A stretch of DNA of 64,000 bases from an uncultured Nitrospinota bacterium (GTDB taxonomy: Bacteria > Tectomicrobia > Entotheonellia > J063 > CAVPRW01): contig CAVPRW010000011.1 in assembly GCA_963707985.1 (NCBI GenBank), positions 32,001-96,000 of the forward strand, given 5' to 3'. Below are positions 45,847 through 53,747 of the stretch, in pieces (position 1 is the first letter of the stretch; each line of letters starts with the position of its first letter). The notes beneath the pieces were generated by a model. The model worked only from the letters and a program-made list of their open reading frames with translations, searched no databases and was not told where the DNA came from. Made by a program: the position numbers and the translations under genes.

Positions 45847-47265
45847 TCACCAATCAAGCGGGCTTTTGGCCTCTTTGATGGTGACACTCTTCACCGTATG
45901 GGTATAGATCATCGTGGTTCTGACATCGCTATGTCCCAGTAACTCCTGAATTGTCCGAATATCATAATTTGCCTGGAGCAAGTGGCTCGCAAAACTGTGG
46001 CGAAACGTATGAGCTGACGCGCGCTTATAAATCCCGGCTTTCCCAACCGCCTCCTTAATCGCCTTTTGCAGATGCGTTTCATGCAAATGATACCTCCGGT
46101 ATTCCTCCGTCTTCTGAAGATAGGTGAGCTGTCTTGCCGGGAAAAACCATTGCCAGATAAACTCCTTTGCCACATTTTTGTATTTTTTCTCTAATGCATT
46201 GACCAGAAACACTCCCGCATAATTCCGTTCCAGGTCTCGTTGGTGCAGGTCTTTCAACGATGCAAGCTGCGCTCGGAGTTCAGGGAGAATCGTTGCAGGA
46301 AGCGGCACCGTGCGGTCTTTTCCGCCCTTGCCGTCATGAATGGTTAGGACCCCCGCATCAAAATTAAAGCAATGCACACGGAGCTGCAAACATTCCGAAA
46401 GCCGCAGCCCGCAGCCATACAACAGCTTCACCACCAGATCATACGGAGGCGGCAAATGCTGAAGAATCGCCTGAATCTCTTCACGAGATAACACCACCGG
46501 TACGTAGGGTTTTCGCTTCGCCCTGACCACCCCTTCCACCTTCCCAAACTCCTTGTTCAGCACATGTCTATAAAAAAATAACAGCGCATTGAATGCCTGG
46601 TTCTGGGTTGAGGCCGCCACCTTTCGCTCCACCGCCAAACACGTCAGGAACTCCCTGACATCAGCCGAAGAGAGCGATGCCGGATCCGTGCTTCGAGTAA
46701 ATGTTTGAAAGTGCCGCACCCACTGTGTATAGGCTTTCAAGGTTTTCGGAGAATAGTGCCGGACCTGGATTTCATCGGCCAACCTGGTGTAGACCGCTAC
46801 CCAGGAAACTCCCAGTGAAGTGTTCGCTACGTTGGAGGAAGAGACGGTCTTAGGAGACTGTTGATCAAGAAGCTTCCCCGCAGAACTGGCTTTTGGAGAG
46901 GCGCTTGTTTCACTGGGTAATGAGTCAGGACGATGCGACGATCCATCGAGAGCCTTCTCCGAAGGATCGTCTTTTGTGAGCGCAGGGACATCGCTGTGGG
47001 AATCCCTGAAGCGCATCAGCTCGTAATACAGCGAGACCGCGTGTGACGCCTGCTCTTGTTGCGCCTTAGTTTGCTTCTTCTCCTGTAATTTGTGGAGAAA
47101 ACGAGGAAGACTCTCTTTTTGTGCGTGGGGAAAATGATACTTCTGACAAAAATCCAGATAATAGCGCAGCCATTTTGTATAAGCCGCATATGCGGGTTTG
47201 GGAATCGCGGCGTGCCCTAGACACGTCTCAAATTCTGTCCGTAATGCCGAAGGAAGATTGAGCAT
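45847..47265 (-). CDS. intI: Integron integrase with extra N-terminal SAM-like domain
   Basis: LLYGCGLR, GKGGKDR, IntI-specific insert (LEKKY..WQWFFPA..RRYHLHE), HTFRHSFA, LLGH..TTMIYTH. Confidence 0.96.
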   Translation of the reverse strand: MLNLPSALRTEFETCLGHAAIPKPAYAAYTKWLRYYLDFCQKYHFPHAQKESLPRFLHKLQEKKQTKAQQEQASHAVSLYYELMRFRDSHSDVPALTKDDPSEKALDGSSHRPDSLPSETSASPKASSAGKLLDQQSPKTVSSSNVANTSLGVSWVAVYTRLADEIQVRHYSPKTLKAYTQWVRHFQTFTRSTDPASLSSADVREFLTCLAVERKVAASTQNQAFNALLFFYRHVLNKEFGKVEGVVRAKRKPYVPVVLSREEIQAILQHLPPPYDLVVKLLYGCGLRLSECLQLRVHCFNFDAGVLTIHDGKGGKDRTVPLPATILPELRAQLASLKDLHQRDLERNYAGVFLVNALEKKYKNVAKEFIWQWFFPARQLTYLQKTEEYRRYHLHETHLQKAIKEAVGKAGIYKRASAHTFRHSFASHLLQANYDIRTIQELLGHSDVRTTMIYTHTVKSVTIKEAKSPLDW

Positions 47266-47606
47266 AGGGAGTTCTCCAGATGTATACTATCCTTCCGTAT
47301 GACATGTTATACAGAAAGTAGAAAATAAGATGGCAGAAAAAATTTGTCAAGAAATTCTGCACAGGAGTATGATCAAATCCCCAATGTAGCAGTTTCCGGG
47401 AAACCAGGGTTCGTGGCGCTCAATATTGATCGCGCCCAGTTAAGCCGTCGCAGGCGGCTTAACTATTTGTCGGCTTTCTCCCCTGAAAGTCTCGGAGAAC
47501 CGCAAAAAATGAGGAACGATGTGGGAGGTCACGGCACCAATGAGCGACCACAAACCAGAGAGCCTATTGCCACATAGAGACACTGAGAACCTTTCAACGT
47601 CGTGGA

Positions 47607-47639
47607 GTTATCCAGAAACTGTAGAATAACTTGTTCCCC
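47607..47639 (+). other. Putative attI site
   Basis: GTTATCCAGAAACTGTAGAATAACTTG|TT upstream of divergent intI, immediately before the first cassette unit. Confidence 0.55.
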
Positions 47640-47656
47640 CCTCCGCTTCGCTCCGG

Positions 47657-47771
47657 GGGGAATGCGCGAGTTGAGCAGCGAACTCCTGGTTTCCCCTCCG
47701 CTCCGCTCCGGGGAGAACCAGGAGTTCGAACAGATGCCCCTGCGGGGCACTGCTCAACTCGCGCATTCGGC
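47657..47771 (+). repeat. Atypical attC-like site (AAT/ATT core, perfect stem)
   Basis: GGGGAAT...ATTCGGC; 19-bp perfect IR GAATGCGCGAGTTGAGCAG/CTGCTCAACTCGCGCATTC with nested hairpins. Confidence 0.6.
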
Positions 47772-47832
47772 TATGTGCGCTACGCACAACTACAGGCGCG
47801 TGACCACCTACACCACGTTAGGGGGGACCATC

Positions 47833-48672
47833 ATGAGGGAATTCACAGACAAAGTGGCCGTGATCACAGGCGCCGCCAGCGGCATTGGCCGCGCCCTCGC
47901 CGAGCGGTGTGCGCACGAAGGGATGCGGGTCGTGTTGGCGGATGTGGATGTGGACGCCTTAACCGCCACCGAAGCGGCCCTGAAAGCCACAGGCGCCCCC
48001 GTATTGGCGGTGGTGACCGACGTGTCCAAGGCCCAGGACGTCGAATCCTTAGCCCAGCGGACCCTGACGGCCTTTGGGGCCGTCCATCTCCTATGTAACA
48101 ATGCGGGGGTGTGGGGTGGGATCTCGGCCTGGGACAGCCCTCTGGCGGATTGGGAGTGGATCCTGGGGGTGAACCTGTGGGGCGTCATTCATGGGCTGCA
48201 CACCTTTGTCCCCCTCATGCTCGCCCAAGAGACCGAGGGCCACATTGTCAACACCGCCTCACTCGCGGGGTTCATCACGGGGCGGGGGCCTGCGGTCTAC
48301 CGCGTCAGCAAGCACGCAGTCGTAGCCCTGTCGGAAATCCTCTACCATCAACTGGCCCAGCGCGGGGCCCAGGTGAAGGTCTCGGTCCTCTGCCCCGGGC
48401 CGGTCCGTACCCAGATCATCGAGGCCGGGCGCCATCGTCCGCGGCATTTGCCAGCGCCAGGGCCACTGCCTCCAGCATCCGGGGTCGTGCGCGAGGCGAA
48501 ACGCCAGGAGGTGGAGGCCGGCATGTCGCCCGCCCAGGTCGCCGCGCAGGTGTTCAACGCGATCAGAGCGGACAAATTTTATGTCCTCACCCACCCAGAG
48601 GGGAAGGACTGGGTCCACACCCGGATGGAAGACATCCTCCAAGAACGGAATCCGACCCTTGCTGGGCCATAA
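47833..48672 (+). CDS. SDR family oxidoreductase (integron cassette)
   Basis: TGAASGIG, NNAGV, YRVSK; cassette start TTCGGC matches R'' GCCGAAC at 48770. Confidence 0.93.
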   Translation: MREFTDKVAVITGAASGIGRALAERCAHEGMRVVLADVDVDALTATEAALKATGAPVLAVVTDVSKAQDVESLAQRTLTAFGAVHLLCNNAGVWGGISAWDSPLADWEWILGVNLWGVIHGLHTFVPLMLAQETEGHIVNTASLAGFITGRGPAVYRVSKHAVVALSEILYHQLAQRGAQVKVSVLCPGPVRTQIIEAGRHRPRHLPAPGPLPPASGVVREAKRQEVEAGMSPAQVAAQVFNAIRADKFYVLTHPEGKDWVHTRMEDILQERNPTLAGP

Positions 48673-48989
48673 ACACGTCGGATGTCGCGGCAACAGGGCA
48701 TCTGCGCTCAGGCCCTCGTGAGAGCGCTCCTGAAAATCGTCTATGCGCCGCGCTTGGGACCAACTCAGTGCCGAACCCTTATGAGGCCCCCATTTGTCAA
48801 GAGACAGACCACCTCTCAGAGCGGAGTTTTCGGTTTTTTTCCGCCTGTCTTCCCCTGGCAAGGTCAGCGTCCGGGCTCGTGAGCTCACTTGAGTTCCGTC
48901 TACAGGTGCAGATGCAGTATGCGGCACCAAACCCTGATTGAGGGTCTACCGCCATCGCGATGGCGATTGCAGAGAGACGTGGTCCCGTC

Positions 48990-49288
48990 CTCTGCGACCT
49001 CGCAACATCTCGGTGCCCTCGTACCGTCCTACTCAAAAGAGCGGCGGCACGTTTACCGTGCGCCCGGTCGCTTCAGGCTCGGGAGAGGGGCAGCACACGT
49101 CACCCGTGTGCGACCATCGCCGCATGTCTAGGAGCCGGAGCGGGTGTCCAATCAATCGCAGAGGGCTCAAGGGGTATGGCCTATGTGCTCCGGCGCGGTC
49201 ACTGACGCCGCGAGACCATCATGGCAGCGCACTTGCCTCAGGCTCCCCCCGTGCACGTCCAGTGAGGCGTCAGGCTCCCCCGCTCCGC
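48990..49288 (-). ncRNA. Putative bridge/seek RNA in the IS right non-coding end (boundaries approximate)
   Basis: Expected location for IS1111; stem GAGCGGAGCGGG/CCCGCTCCGGCTC; repeated GAGCCTGA and TTGA..GGAC motifs. Confidence 0.5.
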
Positions 49289-50335
49289 TCACGACGCAGG
49301 GAGAACCGTGTCCATAGCGACGGCCTTTTGGCGTTTTCACATGTCAGAGACGGCACGCCCCCGCTGCGGGGCTAGGAGCGTCAACGCGTTGCCCTGGCCG
49401 TGTTTTTTCGCCAATCGGGTCAGGGACTTTTGGCCTGCAGAATTGTCCCGGCGACAGCGCCCAGCCGCTTCCGAGCAGGCCCCCTGGAGATCGGCCTGGC
49501 CGCTCTTGGTCCCTGCGGGCCCGTCGCGTTTGCCAGCCGATGCTGTGGCCCACTTGACGAGGCGGCCATAGGAGACGAAATCCTGAACGCTGGGGAAACG
49601 CTGGCGGTCGTGGATCGCAGAGCGCAGGACGAGGCTCAGGATTTTCCCGATTCCGGGCACCGTCTGGAGCAGCGACACCGTGTTGGCGTTGTGCGGCTTC
49701 GCCGCTTTGACGATGTGCCACTCGAGAGCGCTGAGCAGCGGGTCATCGCACTCAAGCAGCGCCAGGTCCACGGCCAGACTCTTGTGCACGGCGGCCGCAG
49801 CGAACCGCTCGGCGACACCGTCGCGGTTCGCTTTGTAGGCCAGCTTTTTCCCAATCGCGGGCAGGTGGTACTGGCTGTTGGTGTGCTGGCGGTGCGCCAG
49901 CAGCTCCGCCCGTTGCCGGGTGAGATACATCCGGCGCCGGAGCCGGTCACGGGTCGCCCGCATGTCGGCGGGATAGACGTAGGCCTGGGGGAGCCGGCCC
50001 CCACGGAGCCACACGGCAATCTTGTGGGCGTCGATCGTGTCGTGCTTGGCCTTGCCGCCATGCATCGCTTTCATATAGCGCGCGTGCCCGAGGACCACAG
50101 GGATCCCGTCTGGAGCACAGAGGTCCGCGAGCCCGTACCAGGTGACGAGGCATTCGACGGCCACGACCAGCTCTTCCCGAGAGGGCATGATGGCCTTGAG
50201 ACACGGCTCCGGACGAGCGTTCATGTTCCGGTGCAGCATGATCGCGCCATCCTGGTCCAGGATCCAGACGTCCAGGCTGCGGGCGTGGAGGTCGAGGCCC
50301 CAATACGCCCGATGCTGTTTGGTGTAAAATCGCCT
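49289..50335 (-). pseudogene. IS110 DEDD recombinase, inactivated by point mutations
   Basis: GGAGG RBS then AGG in place of ATG (RFYTKQH..GLDLH); VE, D..DA and VPGIG motifs; premature TGA at 49337; 349 codons with no frameshift. Confidence 0.9.
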
Positions 50336-50564
50336 GAGGTCTCCTCCGCGTTCGTGAGTGAGCCTTTTCCCAGCGCCAGCATACCACCGAGGTCTGCTGA
50401 GGGGGAGGCCTCAAGAAGTATCAAGCGCGTGCAGGCGACGGCATACAGCCAACGCTTCGCTTCGGCTTCCCACCGCGCCTGACGCCCGGCGTTCGGCTTC
50501 TCACAGTGCAAGGCACCCCTGAATATTGAGTGGGTGAGATGCGCTTCAGGTATAATGTCATTCC

Positions 50565-50888
50565 ATGGCAATCATCGATGACATTCGCGAGAAAATTGTA
50601 CGCGGTCAGTTCGAGTTCTCCCAGCACGCCGTTGACCAAAGTATCGTGCGCCATATCAGTGTCCAAGAACTGCGTGTGGCCATTGCCGTTGGCGAAATCA
50701 TCGAGGATTATCCCACGGACAAGTATGGGCCAAGCTGCTTACTGTTCGGGGTGACCTTGGCTCGCCGCCCTTTGCATATCCAATGCAGCTATCCCTCACG
50801 TCCTCTGGTGAAGATCATCACCTTGTACGAGCCTGACCCGCAACGCTGGGTCGATTTCAAGGTGAGGAGAACCTCCAATGAGCAATGA
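50565..50888 (+). CDS. DUF4258 domain putative toxin (cassette)
   Basis: FSQHAVD, IIEDYPTDKYGPSCLL, RPLHIQCS, ITLYEPD. Confidence 0.85.
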   Translation: MAIIDDIREKIVRGQFEFSQHAVDQSIVRHISVQELRVAIAVGEIIEDYPTDKYGPSCLLFGVTLARRPLHIQCSYPSRPLVKIITLYEPDPQRWVDFKVRRTSNEQ

Positions 50889-51105
50889 AGTGTGGCAAGA
50901 AACCTTTGAGGAACAAACAGTCACCTATGTCCTTGAGCAGCAAGGGAAGGTGCTCATCATTGAGCATGTTCCTGCGCGCGTGTGCAGAGAAACGGGCGAA
51001 CGTCTGTTTGCCCCAGAAACGGTGGAACGCTTGCAACAAATTGTCTGGGAGCAAAGAACGCCAACCCGCATAGTGGAGACGCCCGTTTTTGAGTTTGTGG
51101 CATAG
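50878..51105 (+). CDS. YgiT-type (MqsA N-terminal-like) putative antitoxin
   Basis: IIEHVPARVCRETGERLF; overlaps the toxin stop. Confidence 0.82.
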   Translation: MSNEVWQETFEEQTVTYVLEQQGKVLIIEHVPARVCRETGERLFAPETVERLQQIVWEQRTPTRIVETPVFEFVA

Positions 51106-51157
51106 CGTATGCCCAAGGCCATGGAGGGGCAGCGCGGCATTTCTCGGCAGCTCCTGG

Positions 51158-51245
51158 GCCGAACAAGGCGCTGCAGGCGACGGCTTACAGCGCTCGCTCG
51201 TCCCTCGCTCCCGCTTCCAGCCGCGCCTGAGCTTGTGCGTTAGAC
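51158..51245 (+). other. attC site
   Basis: GCCGAAC-AAGGC-GCTGCAGG...CCTGAGC-TTGTGC-GTTAGAC with two extrahelical bases. Confidence 0.93.
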
Positions 51246-51344
51246 GCCTACGGCGCGAAGAAAAAAGCGCAAGACAATCGCACCACCAAAGCGTAGACTC
51301 TTCCTCATCATTCAAAGAGCCCTCGCAGCCAGAGGAGGGAACGC

Positions 51345-51647
51345 ATGAGTCAGACACTGATTCTCGAACTGAGTGAAGAAGTCTACACCATCATCCAACG
51401 TCAGGCAGCAGTCGCTGGCACGTCACCAGCGCACTGGCTGGCTATGACCCTAGAACAGCAGTATAGCCGTGTACATGCGGGGCAAAGCGCATTGACGCAC
51501 CACACCGCAGCCGACCAGCAGGCGGCACGGGCACGCTTTGAGCGGCACTTCGGGGAGGTAGACCTCCCTGACGCAGCGGGTGTAGACAACGAGCAGATCG
51601 ACGCAGAGCTGGCGCGAGAGTATGCCGATACGCATGAGGCACCCTGA
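51345..51647 (+). CDS. Putative antitoxin (RHH-like N-terminus)
   Basis: MSQTLILELSEEVY..; acidic tail DNEQIDAELAREY; TGATG coupling to the PIN gene. Confidence 0.75.
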   Translation: MSQTLILELSEEVYTIIQRQAAVAGTSPAHWLAMTLEQQYSRVHAGQSALTHHTAADQQAARARFERHFGEVDLPDAAGVDNEQIDAELAREYADTHEAP

Positions 51648-52051
51648 TGCTCTTGGACACCTCCGGGCTCCTGTGCCTCCACAATCGCGCAGAGCCACTC
51701 CATGGGCGCGCGCGTACGCTCTACCACGCTGCGCAGGTACGATTGACCCACAGTTACGTGTTGGCGGAATTCGTAGCCTTGGCCCATGCACGGCGTCTTC
51801 CCCGTGTGGCCGCTCTCAGCTTTATAGTAGACCTTGTGGGGAATCCCGATATCGAGACCATATGGGTGGACGAGTCACTGCATCGTGAAGCGATGGCCCT
51901 GCTGTTGGCCCGACAAGACAAAACCTATTCGCTATGCGATGCGGTAAGTTTTGTCTTGATGCGTCAGCGGTACCTCACGGAGGCGTTGACGACGGATCGC
52001 CACTTCCAGCAGGAGGGGTTCCAGCGGCTCCTGATACCCGCCCCCTCCTGA
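51647..52051 (+). CDS. VapC-like PIN domain toxin (cassette)
   Basis: LLDTSG, LAE, SLCDAVSF, TTDRHF. Confidence 0.9.
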   Translation: MLLDTSGLLCLHNRAEPLHGRARTLYHAAQVRLTHSYVLAEFVALAHARRLPRVAALSFIVDLVGNPDIETIWVDESLHREAMALLLARQDKTYSLCDAVSFVLMRQRYLTEALTTDRHFQQEGFQRLLIPAPS

Positions 52052-52148
52052 GTCACCTATGGGCGTTGTAGGGAGGCTCCTCACGAGCCGCTGCAGAGTT
52101 ACGCGAGAGTCGGACTCGCATAAGTCGGTTGTCCCTGCTCAAAGCTGC

Positions 52149-52230
52149 GTCTAACAACCGCCTGCAGCCGACTGCCTCCAGCATCCGCTCCGCTCCCGCT
52201 TTCGGCAGCGGCTGAGGCGCAGCGTTGAAC
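52149..52230 (+). other. attC site
   Basis: GTCTAAC-AACCG-CCTGCAGC...GCTGAGG-CGCAGC-GTTGAAC; R'' complements the cassette start TTAGAC. Confidence 0.93.
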
Positions 52231-52255
52231 TAAACCGCTGCGCGGTAGGCTTCTA

Positions 52256-53699
52256 TAGGTTTTTTCATATGACTTGATACGAAAAATTTCTCGACCTACT
52301 CGACTTACCCATGTACACTCTGGCATTGATATCGACACCCACAACCATGCTCGACACCGACAGTAAGATCATAGCTATGTCGTTTCAGGGGAAAGATTTT
52401 ACTCCAGCAATGAAACAATTGGTCATGAACCTCAAACTCCATTTTGATGAGGAGAGGAAGAACCATAAGGAAGTATCGACCAGGAATCCCACATTGCGCA
52501 CAGCCCAGGGCCTGGATATTGGAGAAATCACGGTCAAGAGAATTATGGCCGAGTATCGTCACCATGGGCACACCCTCGAGGTCCAAGCGGCGAAACCGCG
52601 TGGGAAACCTGATTATCGTGCGGCCGTGAATCTCCAACCCGTCATTCGTGAGTATGTACGGACCAAGAATTTAGCTGGCCAACGTGTCGGTGTGGGGAAA
52701 CTTCGGCAGTATCTCATCGAGACCCATGATGCCGATATCCCTCCCGTGACGCTGTGGCGGACGCTGCAGCGATGGGGCTTTACGTATGGCACCGGGAAGC
52801 GACGTTCGGCTCTGAAAGAACGAGATTATGTTGTCCTCGCAAGACGACGCTACCTGCGTCAGAAAAGAGCCAACCGCAACCCCGATGGCAGCCTGAAACG
52901 GCCAGAGGTTTACCTCGATGAGACCTTCGTGAACAAGAACCATTCAGGGCAGTTTACTTGGTATCTTGAAGAAGATGGGCCGTGGGTCAACAAACCATCT
53001 GGCAAGGGGCCACGGCTGATTATTGTCCATGCCATGACGGTCGCAGGATGGGTCCCAGGGGCCGAGTTGGTCTTTGAGGCCGCGAAACGGACAGGGGATT
53101 ATCACGGGCAAATGAACTGGGAGAATTTCTCAACGTGGTTTTCCGAGCAATTGCTCCCTCATATCCCGTCACGCTCCCTCATCATCTTGGACAATGCCCC
53201 TTACCACAATGTCTTGGTGGAAGACGCGGTCCCCACTCCCCAGAGTCGTAAAGAACAGCTCTGTGCCTGGTTGACCCGGAATGATATTCCCTGGACGCCT
53301 GACATGTTGAAACCGGAACTGTACGAACTCTGTAAAAAATTTGCTCCCGCTCCGGCATTTCGACTTGACCAATTAGCCGAAGCCGCTGGGCACAGCATTC
53401 TGCGGACACCGCAGTATCATCCGGAACTCCAGCCTATCGAGACATGCTGGGGCATCGTCAAGAACCACATGGCTGACCATTGTGATTTTACCACCCGCAA
53501 CTTTCACCAACAGTTGCCGATTGCGCTCTCGCAGGTCAAGCCAAGCACATGTAGAAAACTGATTGCGAAGGTCGTAGAACAAGAAGAAAAATACTGGGCT
53601 GAAGATGCGCAACTCTACGAACACGATTTCGATGAAATTTCTGATGAGGAGGAGTGGGCGCTAGACTAAAAATCGTATCAAGTCATGCGAAAAAGTCTA
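52256..53699 (+). mobile_element. IS630/Tc1/mariner transposon (DD82E type)
   Basis: 27-bp TIRs TAGGTTTTTTCATATGACTTGATACGA / TAGACTTTTTCGCATGACTTGATACGA; TA duplication in a CTAG target. Confidence 0.92.
52377..53669 (+). CDS. DDE transposase, intact
   Basis: YLDET, LDNAPYH, HPELQPIE. Confidence 0.92.
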   Translation: MSFQGKDFTPAMKQLVMNLKLHFDEERKNHKEVSTRNPTLRTAQGLDIGEITVKRIMAEYRHHGHTLEVQAAKPRGKPDYRAAVNLQPVIREYVRTKNLAGQRVGVGKLRQYLIETHDADIPPVTLWRTLQRWGFTYGTGKRRSALKERDYVVLARRRYLRQKRANRNPDGSLKRPEVYLDETFVNKNHSGQFTWYLEEDGPWVNKPSGKGPRLIIVHAMTVAGWVPGAELVFEAAKRTGDYHGQMNWENFSTWFSEQLLPHIPSRSLIILDNAPYHNVLVEDAVPTPQSRKEQLCAWLTRNDIPWTPDMLKPELYELCKKFAPAPAFRLDQLAEAAGHSILRTPQYHPELQPIETCWGIVKNHMADHCDFTTRNFHQQLPIALSQVKPSTCRKLIAKVVEQEEKYWAEDAQLYEHDFDEISDEEEWALD

Positions 53700-53747
53700 T
53701 AGTCTCTCCTGCTGGGGTCCTTCCTTGCGTTCCTTCTTTCGCACGAC

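Larger units (their letters stand above)
48777..50421 (-). mobile_element. IS110-family, IS1111-type element inserted in attC
   Basis: Sub-terminal IRs (TGAGGCC.CCCC, about 7 nt and 3-4 nt from the ends), TTGACA near the right end, about 510-bp downstream non-coding end. Confidence 0.88.
48770..50497 (+). other. attC site split by IS110 (R'' 48770-48776; remainder 50423-50497)
   Basis: Rejoined GCCGAAC-AAGCG-CGTGCAGG...CCTGACG-CCCGGC-GTTCGGC closely resembles the attC at 51158. Confidence 0.88.

Noticed and set aside
47602..47832. N-terminal extension of the SDR ORF (356 aa in the track)
   Set aside because: It only reads through attI and the palindrome; the SDR fold begins at ATG 47833.
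49400..50482. 360-aa plus-strand ORF and other long antisense ORFs
   Set aside because: Shadow frames of GC-rich genes; stop codons are depleted in the GC-shifted IS.
47634..52230. Recurrent CGCT(T/C)CGCT motifs as a CRISPR array
   Set aside because: They are loops of attC-type hairpins, irregularly spaced, and no cas genes are present.
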